Shown here piece by piece: positions 39,701-46,009 of a stretch of DNA of 64,000 bases. The position numbers were made by a program, and so were the translations under genes. The stretch is taken from NCBI GenBank assembly GCA_036262215.1, contig DATAJH010000106.1:3207-67206 (forward strand), read 5' to 3'. The first letter of the stretch is position 1. Each line of letters begins with the position of its first letter. This stretch comes from Steroidobacteraceae bacterium (lineage in GTDB: Bacteria; Pseudomonadota; Gammaproteobacteria; Steroidobacterales; Steroidobacteraceae). The notes under the pieces were generated by a model that searched no databases, was not told the DNA's origin, and saw nothing but the letters and a program-made list of their open reading frames with translations.

Positions 39701-40439
39701 TCATGCGCACTACCAGCTCCTGGCGCACCGGGTTGCCTTTCAATGCCGACTCCAGCACGGCACGAATCTGTTGCTGGGCGTCCTTGGAGTATGACCACCA
39801 GTAGGTATCCCATACCTGCCGTCGAATGACGTCGGCGATCCGCAACCCGGCGGCGTCGAGCGCCGCCTGATTGACTTCGAGCACGACCCCATCGCGTGAC
39901 ACGACGCCGACGAAGGCGGCAATACCGTCGAAGATTTCGCGCCACTGTGCCGAGGTGGGAACACCGAGCTCGGCCAGCGGACTGCCATCGGTGGCGCCGG
40001 CAGAGATCGGCACCGCGCCAACTTCGCATAACGCCATCACCTTGCCCGCCGCGTTCTTGATCGGGCAGACGGCCAGGTGCAGCGCGACTTCGGAACCATC
40101 GCGCGTCAGACGCAGGGTATTGACGGAGGCTACCTGCGCGCTCTCCAGCAGGCGTCGCATCAGCGCCCGATGCTCGGAACGCAACTGAACAGGAATGATT
40201 TGTGCCATCGGCCGGCCGGCCAGATCCGGCGTGGAGTAGCCGAGCAGATCGGCGGCGGCCGCATTGCAATCAGTGACGATGCCATCGACGTCATACACCA
40301 CAACAATGTCCGCGCCGATCGTCAAACACACCTCTCGATTGCGCCGCACGTCTCGCGGCGGGAGACGATGCAATTGCGTGGCTGATTCGCCGTGCAGAGC
40401 ACATGCCATCGCACATGCGACGCTCAGCACAATCAACAA
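36768..40439 (-). CDS. PAS-PAS-GAF-PAS-GAF-GGDEF(degenerate)-EAL signalling protein (predicted c-di-GMP phosphodiesterase)
   Basis: 1223 aa. The GGDEF position reads GGGTF (37884-37898). EAL-domain motifs are intact: EALIRW (37512-37520), EITES, DDFGTGYS, KIDRSF, EGVET, QGY. Confidence 0.93.
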   Translation of the reverse strand: MLIVLSVACAMACALHGESATQLHRLPPRDVRRNREVCLTIGADIVVVYDVDGIVTDCNAAAADLLGYSTPDLAGRPMAQIIPVQLRSEHRALMRRLLESAQVASVNTLRLTRDGSEVALHLAVCPIKNAAGKVMALCEVGAVPISAGATDGSPLAELGVPTSAQWREIFDGIAAFVGVVSRDGVVLEVNQAALDAAGLRIADVIRRQVWDTYWWSYSKDAQQQIRAVLESALKGNPVRQELVVRMKGEQLVAVDCVFSPLRNAAGRVVAVVGSGVDVSARKSMEGALGQSNRNLLMLSDCNHELIRASDEAALLASICRVIVEIGGYPLAWVGFAEHDAAKSVRIMACAGLDAGYLQQVRLSWDAASAGDGPTARAIRDGSPSICANLDQDPAIAPWCGEALAGHYVASIAVPLIIDSGTLGALTIYADRGAAFEADQVKLLMELGDNLTYGISALRARAESERAEGKLQLFWHLFDKTRDLIYIAEVSSGRLVDVNETASQRLGYTRDELLQLSAAEISSGGPDQPWPERVHAAQSSGPLLREGVYRCKDGRVFPVEFSTSYVEYGHRGYLIALARDITERRQFEEQTAHFTRVVRMQSSINAAVLRIRDRDDLLREACRVATEIGGYEYATLWIVDWDGRIARPLFTSGSEVDGPENQPLQLSDGDEPDASFTSRALRTGELTVCNDLSHTTPTATTHEVLAGLGYKSLVVIPLVLGSWRRGALMLASRTLNLVRDEEILLLQDIRATLALALEHEESAGVAEYLASFDSLAGLAKRALFYERLDAALRDRPEPQKVLTVAAFDIHGLANINDSFGRRVGDLLLRQVAERLKRNTESEERVGYLGGGTFVMVEPGPSASAENIAAMLGSAVFGKPFEIEGHAIRVNCPVGIARYPNDGESADTLVHKAEAALKRAKDSGEQFLTYKLQMHGEIAGRMHLEHKLRTALDEEQFFLHYQPQLDIATGRIHSLEALIRWNDPEGGPAMPGQFLPILESSGLIVPVGSWVLARAAQDCRRWRALGLGPVRVAVNVAALQVRQRAFVEEVLAAAEGLNGAGYGMDIEITESSLLQDIDTTSRKLQMLREAGIRVALDDFGTGYSFLGLLARLPLDMLKIDRSFISGLPLDLASVALTTSIIGLAAAFGLVTVAEGVETTEQLDKLRELRCGQMQGYLYSRPIPIEQVELMLAAPAPLAGPEAAVSVARTAVAAAASRKRRSKRSS

Positions 40440-40484
40440 ATTATACTTTCTCCATCACACCATGGCGCACGATCAAAAGTTTGT

Positions 40485-40506
40485 CACCTGTCATCTTTTA
40501 CAGGTG
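40485..40506. promoter_or_regulatory. 7-bp perfect inverted repeat CACCTGT-N8-ACAGGTG in the AT-richer divergent promoter region
   Basis: Read directly at 40485-40491 / 40500-40506, between the PAS/GAF-EAL gene (-) and the kaiC-like operon (+). Function is unknown; candidate operator only. Confidence 0.25.
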
Positions 40507-40637
40507 CGGCATGCATCACGAGCGCGCATCCTTTGTATTCTTTTCAACCGCGCCGGCGCATGCGCCGCGGAGAATGCCATTGTAGATTAGGCGTATCATC
40601 CGCTGTGCCGCGTGCGCGGGTTGCCTGCGGATGGCCG

Positions 40638-41063
40638 ATGCAAAGTGAAGCACGACGTATTCAAGCCACGATTGCTGATCTGGCAGCGATCAATGCAGAT
40701 GCCGAGCGCATCGCTGAAGTGGCTGCGTCGACCTGGCGCGAAATTCACGCGGCGTTGTCTCCAGTCATCGGCCCGGGCGGCGTCGCCGCGCTTTACCAAC
40801 GAAGTCTGTACGTGACACGTGCCGCCCATCCCTGTCTGGCTGCGGTGCGTGACGACACTCTGCGCCCTGGCGAATTTGCCGCCCTGCAACTGGTGCTGTC
40901 ACAGCAGAGCAGTGCGCAAGTGGCGGCCGCAAATGGCGCCCTGCTGCAGACCTTCTGCGATCTGCTGGGTAACCTGATCGGTGTACCGCTGAGCGAGCGG
41001 CTGCTTCGATCGGTCCGCGACCTGCCTTCGAGCGGAACTGCCGTGCCGGACGACCCGAAATGA
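40638..41063 (+). CDS. hypothetical 141-aa protein, translationally coupled to the KaiC-like gene
   Basis: ATG at 40638 (MQSEARRIQATIADLAAINADAERIAEV...). The stop overlaps the kaiC-like ATG (ATGA at 41060-41063). Predicted helical with no signal peptide. It does not look like KaiB or KaiA by eye. The start is uncertain. Confidence 0.5.
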   Translation: MQSEARRIQATIADLAAINADAERIAEVAASTWREIHAALSPVIGPGGVAALYQRSLYVTRAAHPCLAAVRDDTLRPGEFAALQLVLSQQSSAQVAAANGALLQTFCDLLGNLIGVPLSERLLRSVRDLPSSGTAVPDDPK

Positions 41064-42547
41064 GTGCCAGCAAGGCAACCATCCGTCGTCTTTGCACCGG
41101 TGTACCGGGGCTGGACGAGGTGCTCGGCGGCGGCTTACCGGAGTTCTCGTTCAATGTCATTGCCGGGGCGCCCGGTAGCGGCAAGACGACGCTGGCACAT
41201 CAGATCATGTTCACGTTAGCGACCCGGGAACGCCCGGCGCTGTATTTCACGGTACTCGGCGAGCCGCCGCTGAAGATGCTGCGCTACCAGCAGCAATTCG
41301 ACTTCTTCGACAGCGAACAGGTAAATGCCGCGATCCGATTCATCAATCTCGCCGACGATACGGCCAGTGGCGATCTCGATCGGGTGCTGAGCCGGATCGT
41401 CGCCGAGGTTGAAGCGCACGGACCAGCCGCGGTGTTCGTCGACTCTTTCCGCTCAGTGATGCTCGCAAGCCAGGGCGACGGCAGGTCCTTCTTGGGCCTG
41501 CAGCAGTTAATCCAGCAATTGGGCATGCTGATGACCGGCTGGCAGGCCACCACGTTCCTGATCGGGGAATACATGAGCGAGATCGATCCGAATCCGGTAT
41601 TCACCGTTGCCGACGGGCTTATCTGGCTGCGGCAGAGCCTGCACCGCAATTCAGTCGTGCGAAAAATGGAGATTATAAAGATGCGTGGGCAGCGGACCTT
41701 GCCCGGGCTTCATACCTTTCGCATCAGCACTGCGGGAATTCAGGTGTTTGCGCCCGCACCAGCTGCCGCACCGACCGAATCGCCGGCGCCGGCGCGCACG
41801 GATGCGAGGTTGCGCATGGGGGTGCCGGAACTCGACCGGATGATGTATGGCGGACTGCCGCGCGGATACTCGCTGTTGGTCGCCGGGCCGTCGGGATCGG
41901 GTAAGAGCATCCTGGCTGCGGCGTTCCTGATTGAAGGTGCGCGCAGCGGAGAGACCGCCGTCATTGCCGCCTTCGAGCAGCGATCCAACGCGGCGCGCGG
42001 ACCCGCCCTGGCCGAGTTGATCGGCAGCGACCGGATTGGCGTGGTCGACACCCGGGCGCCGGATCTGTCGGTCGAGGAGATCACCAGGCTGCTGCTCACC
42101 GAGATTCACCGCCTCAAGGCGAGCCGCGTCGTGATCGATTCCCTATCGGGCTTCGAGCTCGCCCTGGCGCCGGCGTTCCGCGACGATTTTCGCGAGTCGT
42201 TGTCGCGCCTGGTGTCGTCGCTCACCGCCGCCGGCGCCTCGGTGCTGATGACTTCCGAGCTGGAAGACCGGTACACCGATCTGCGCTTCAGCCCCTATGG
42301 AGCGGCCTTTATGACCGACGCGATCATCGTGCAGCGCTACATAGAGGTAGACAGCCGATTGGAGCGCATATTAGCGGTGGTGAAGCTACGAGCCAGCGAG
42401 CATTCAAACGAGCTGCGCCTGTTCCACATCGATGGTGATGGCATCAAGATCGGCGCGATGGTCGCCGGACGTGAAGGACTGCTGGGCGGACAACCGAGCC
42501 GGGAGCAGAGAAAGGGCGCCTCCGCCATGCGTGCCGACGATGACTGA
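41060..42547 (+). CDS. KaiC-like double RecA-domain ATPase
   Basis: 495 aa. Domain 1: GVPGLDEVLGGGLPEFSFNVIAGAPGSGKTTLAHQ. Domain 2: [35 protein letters not shown]-terminal ...KLRASEHSNELRLFHIDGDGIKIG matches the KaiC ...KMRGSxHxxxxRxF pattern. Confidence 0.9.
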   Translation: MSASKATIRRLCTGVPGLDEVLGGGLPEFSFNVIAGAPGSGKTTLAHQIMFTLATRERPALYFTVLGEPPLKMLRYQQQFDFFDSEQVNAAIRFINLADDTASGDLDRVLSRIVAEVEAHGPAAVFVDSFRSVMLASQGDGRSFLGLQQLIQQLGMLMTGWQATTFLIGEYMSEIDPNPVFTVADGLIWLRQSLHRNSVVRKMEIIKMRGQRTLPGLHTFRISTAGIQVFAPAPAAAPTESPAPARTDARLRMGVPELDRMMYGGLPRGYSLLVAGPSGSGKSILAAAFLIEGARSGETAVIAAFEQRSNAARGPALAELIGSDRIGVVDTRAPDLSVEEITRLLLTEIHRLKASRVVIDSLSGFELALAPAFRDDFRESLSRLVSSLTAAGASVLMTSELEDRYTDLRFSPYGAAFMTDAIIVQRYIEVDSRLERILAVVKLRASEHSNELRLFHIDGDGIKIGAMVAGREGLLGGQPSREQRKGASAMRADDD

Positions 42548-42571
42548 ACTTTCCGTCGAGAGCCCATCCGA

Positions 42572-44209
42572 GTGAACGAGCGTCCCGACACCGGCGACGT
42601 CACCGCGGCAGCACGGGCAGTGGCGCTGCTCAACAAACAGGCGGACGAGATTCGCGCGGACATCGTCCGCTCACGGCTCGAGCTGGAGCAATTGCAACGC
42701 GAGTCCGGCGACACCTGGGCCGCCCAACTGGTGCAGGCCAATGAGCAACTGGTGCTGGCAGCACTCCAGGCCGAAACCATTGCCGAGACAGCCACCGGCC
42801 ACCTGGATGAACTGGCGCGCGCCAGCCAGCGCGACGCGCTAACGGACACGCCCAACCGTGCGCTGATGCTCGACCGGCTGGAGAACGCCATTGCCCTGGC
42901 ACGGCGGCACGTAACTCGGTTAGCCGTGCTGTTTCTCGACCTCGATCAGTTCAAGCACATCAACGACACGATGGGCCATGCGGTCGGGGATGAGGTGCTG
43001 CAACTGGTAGCTCGCCGTCTGGAATCAGTGGTGCGTGCCTCGGACACCGTCAGCCGTCACGGCGGCGACGAATTTTTGGTGCTGATAGGGGAGGTGTCGA
43101 AGGCATCAGACGCCGCCGTGATCGCCGCAAAGATTCTCGCCGTGCTCACGGCACCATGCCGGGTCGGCGATCACATGCTGCGGCTATCGGCCAGTCTCGG
43201 CATCGCCACCTACCCGGATGACGGCGAGGACGCGGCCAGTCTCATCAGCCGGGCCGACGCCGCGATGTACCGCTCCAAGCGGCGCCGACGTGGCGGGTTT
43301 GAGTTTCACCGCGAGCAGATTCCGGGGGTGCCGGCGCTGGGGCAATCCAGCAGCGACGCACCGCAGCTACCGACCGCCCGCTACGATTCCGCGCTGTCCG
43401 AGCAGCAGCCGCGACTTCGCGAACTGCGAGAGGCCAATGAGCAGCTGGTGATCGCGGCACTGACGGCGCAGCAGATGGAGGCGCAAGCCGAGCTCGCGTA
43501 TTCGCGCCAGACGAAGTTCCTGGCGATGGTGGCGCATGAACTGCGCAATCCGCTGATCCCGATACAAACCGCTGCCGGGCTGCTCAACCGCGCGCTCACG
43601 GACGAGCCGCTGCTGGCGCAGCTACAGGCGGCAATCAAGCGCCAGGTCTCGCTGGTGTCACGACTGGTGGACGATCTGCTCGACGGATCGCGGGTCAGTT
43701 CCGGCAAATTCAGGCTGGAATGCAGTGTGGTGGAGATGGCCGGCATCCTCAGCCTCGCGGTCGAGACCTGCCGGCCTGCGGTTGAGGCGCGCTCGCAGAG
43801 TCTGACCATTCATCTGGCACCCGCGCCGCTGCTCGTGATTGGCGATCCTCTGCGGCTGGGCCAGATCTTCAGCAATCTGCTGGACAACGCGTCGAAATAT
43901 ACCGCCAAGGGCGGGGAGGTCTCGCTCATGGCGGTGGTGCTCGATCGTACGTTGCAGGTTACCGTATCCGATAATGGCATCGGCATTATGTCCGAAGCGC
44001 TGCCCAACATCTTCGAGTTGTTCATGCAGGACGCGCGCGCCGTTGCCCACTACAACGGCGGACTAGGAATTGGACTCGCAGTAGTGCGCGACCTGGTTGA
44101 GGCGCATGGCGGCACCGTGACCGCCAGGAGCCCGGGCCGCGACCTCGGCAGCGACTTCATCGTCACGCTACCGATGAGCGCCAGGCCGATTGCAGCCATC
44201 ACCAGATGA
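42572..44209 (+). CDS. cytoplasmic hybrid diguanylate cyclase (GGDEF) / histidine kinase (HisKA-HATPase_c), no sensor or receiver domain
   Basis: GTG start. A coiled-coil precedes the GGDEF domain, which has I-site RASD and active-site GGDEF (…RASDTVSRHGGDEFLVL…). A second coiled-coil precedes H-box MVAHELRNPL, N-box NLLDNASKYT, and G-boxes DNGIGI / GGLGIGLAVV. Confidence 0.9.
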   Translation: MNERPDTGDVTAAARAVALLNKQADEIRADIVRSRLELEQLQRESGDTWAAQLVQANEQLVLAALQAETIAETATGHLDELARASQRDALTDTPNRALMLDRLENAIALARRHVTRLAVLFLDLDQFKHINDTMGHAVGDEVLQLVARRLESVVRASDTVSRHGGDEFLVLIGEVSKASDAAVIAAKILAVLTAPCRVGDHMLRLSASLGIATYPDDGEDAASLISRADAAMYRSKRRRRGGFEFHREQIPGVPALGQSSSDAPQLPTARYDSALSEQQPRLRELREANEQLVIAALTAQQMEAQAELAYSRQTKFLAMVAHELRNPLIPIQTAAGLLNRALTDEPLLAQLQAAIKRQVSLVSRLVDDLLDGSRVSSGKFRLECSVVEMAGILSLAVETCRPAVEARSQSLTIHLAPAPLLVIGDPLRLGQIFSNLLDNASKYTAKGGEVSLMAVVLDRTLQVTVSDNGIGIMSEALPNIFELFMQDARAVAHYNGGLGIGLAVVRDLVEAHGGTVTARSPGRDLGSDFIVTLPMSARPIAAITR

Positions 44210-44252
44210 ATCGGTGTACCATCGCGAGCTGCTGGGTGCGCCAGATAAGGCC

Positions 44253-44690
44253 ATGAAAAAACCGCTGCCGATCATGCGAGTGGTGTCGTTCTATCACAAG
44301 GTGACCGGTCTGTTTCATGCCCGGCATCTGATGTCGTCCGATGCCAAAGCGATTGTGCTGAATACCCCTCACGATCACATTGCGCTCGATGGCGATCATT
44401 TCGATCGGCTGTCGCAACGCATGGACATCAAGACCGGCAAAGTGATCGACCAGGTACCGGCGCAACCCAGCGACGATCACGAGTGGAACGCGACCGATCG
44501 GCGCTGGCAACTAAAGCCGGAAGTCGTTGCCAAGGAGGAAACGCGCCGCCACGCCATCCTCCGGATCAGTCAGCTCGAGCAGTCGGGTATTCGCTCGCTG
44601 CGCGAGTTGGCGTTGGGCGAGGCCAAGGCGGCCGATCGGCTCAAGGCGCTCGATATTGAAATCGCCGCGCTGCGCAAATCGCTCATTTAG
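44253..44690 (+). CDS. hypothetical 145-aa protein (visibly lower GC than its neighbours)
   Basis: ATG at 44253 preceded by TAAGG. MKKPLPIMRVVSFYHKVTGLFHARHLMSSD...WNATDRRWQLKPEVVAKEE...LKALDIEIAALRKSLI. Non-shadow composition with a C-terminal amphipathic helix. No family assignable by eye. Confidence 0.55.
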   Translation: MKKPLPIMRVVSFYHKVTGLFHARHLMSSDAKAIVLNTPHDHIALDGDHFDRLSQRMDIKTGKVIDQVPAQPSDDHEWNATDRRWQLKPEVVAKEETRRHAILRISQLEQSGIRSLRELALGEAKAADRLKALDIEIAALRKSLI

Positions 44691-44702
44691 TTAGGCCTCG
44701 GC

Positions 44703-44730
44703 GGCTGCCGGCATGCGGTTGTCGGCAGCC
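44703..44730 (+). terminator. GC-rich stem-loop downstream of the kaiC-like operon (possible terminator, no U-tract)
   Basis: GGCTGCCG (44703-44710) pairs with CGGCAGCC (44723-44730), with a 12-nt loop. Confidence 0.3.
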
Positions 44731-45066
44731 ATCATGACGACCTACACAAAGAACGGGCCTTCACTTGGCCGACGCGTGCTGTAGGATTGATCCATCGGCA
44801 GCTGGCGCAATTCACCGCAGCGGCGTCGAGCCGCCGGCTCCGGCATCCGGTAGCGCACAGCGCGGCCAGCTCCATGGGAGGATTGCATATGCAGCAACGC
44901 CGATTTGGAAACGGGGAAACCGACCTCCTGGCACCGGGACTCGGCCGGGCGCTGCGCTCGCGGCGCCCGGCCGCTGGCGGGCGTTACTCAGCCGCGGGCA
45001 TGGCCTCTGTCAGTCGCTGAGCGTCCATCCGTCGAGCCCAAGACCAGCCCGCAGCGGCCGGCGCGC

Positions 45067-45945
45067 GTGGACCCCGGCGTCTGTGGCAATTGCGATGCCC
45101 GGTTGACGGGCCCCTATTGCGCACAGTGCGGGCAGCATGCGCGCGACAGCGCGCGCTCCCTGGGCGCGGTGCTGCGTGACGGCTGGCATTTGTTTGTCCA
45201 CGTCGACGGCCGCTTCTGGTACACATTGTGGACCCTGCTTGCACGGCCAGGGCAGCTCACGGTCGACTATTTTGCCGATCGCCGCGCGCGCTATGTGTCC
45301 CCGGTGCGGCTGTACTTCGTGATCAGCCTCGCGTTCTTCGCGCTCACGGCGGCGAACTCGAACCTGATGTCGAAATCCGCGACGCCTGCGCCGGCTGCCG
45401 CGGCTAGCAGCGGCACCTCGGCCAACGTCCCCGCCGACGCCAGCGATTGCGACAACATCCAGCTGCGCCTGCCGTGGCTGCAGGCGCGGCTGCGCGCCGC
45501 CTGCAGGCGTCAGGTCGCCGATAGTGGCAAATCGGCGGCACGCGCATTCGGTTCCTACATCCCGAAAATGATGTTCCTGTTTCTGCCGCTGGTGGCGCTG
45601 ACGATGGTGCCGCTGTACCGGAGCACGCGGCACTATTACGTCGAGCACGTGGTGTTCTTTCTGCACATCCAGGCCGCGCTGTTCCTGGTGATGATCGCCG
45701 ACCTGTTGCTCAGCATAGCCACGCATGGGCTGGCGCCGCTCCGCGGCGTTGCCTCCATTGGCGACTTCAGCGCGGCCGCTGCAGCCGGATATGCGATCTG
45801 GTGTACCTACCGGGCGATGCGCCGCTACTACGGTGAGCGTCGCGCCCCGACGCTGGTCAAGCTGGCCGTCGTTGGCATTGCCTACCAGATCTTTCTGGTC
45901 ATCATGGTAGCGGCGACGCTGTTGCTGAGTGCGCTGACAGCCTGA
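45067..45945 (+). CDS. DUF3667-family zinc-ribbon membrane protein
   Basis: ...CGNCDARLTGPYCAQCGQHARDS...GRFWYTLWTLLARPGQLTVDYFADRRARYVSPVRLYFVISLAFF.... The start is uncertain: GTG at 45067, just before the zinc ribbon, is preferred over the track start at 44905. Confidence 0.7.
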   Translation: MDPGVCGNCDARLTGPYCAQCGQHARDSARSLGAVLRDGWHLFVHVDGRFWYTLWTLLARPGQLTVDYFADRRARYVSPVRLYFVISLAFFALTAANSNLMSKSATPAPAAAASSGTSANVPADASDCDNIQLRLPWLQARLRAACRRQVADSGKSAARAFGSYIPKMMFLFLPLVALTMVPLYRSTRHYYVEHVVFFLHIQAALFLVMIADLLLSIATHGLAPLRGVASIGDFSAAAAAGYAIWCTYRAMRRYYGERRAPTLVKLAVVGIAYQIFLVIMVAATLLLSALTA

Positions 45946-46009
45946 GCGAAACGCGATCAGTACACCTCGGCCGGGCCAGCCCAGGCCGGCCCGTGCACAC
46001 TGCAACAGT

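Noticed and set aside
40638-41063. The ORF upstream of the KaiC-like gene as KaiB
   Set aside because: Its length, predicted all-helical Ala/Leu-rich sequence and lack of the thioredoxin-like beta-alpha-beta pattern do not fit KaiB. It is reported as an unknown protein.
44889-45020. 43-aa ORF (MQQRRFGNGETDLLAPGLGRALRSRRPAAGGRYSAAGMASVSR) with a strong GGGAGGA Shine-Dalgarno-like sequence upstream of the DUF3667 gene
   Set aside because: The Arg/Gly/Ala-rich composition is indistinguishable from GC-driven noise and no recognisable motif is present. It would need conservation or Ribo-seq evidence.
45946-46009. Short GC palindrome (GGCCGG…CCGGCC) between the convergent DUF3667 and TonB-receptor genes, considered as a bidirectional terminator
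   Set aside because: It has only a 6-bp stem and no U-tract, which is too weak to call.
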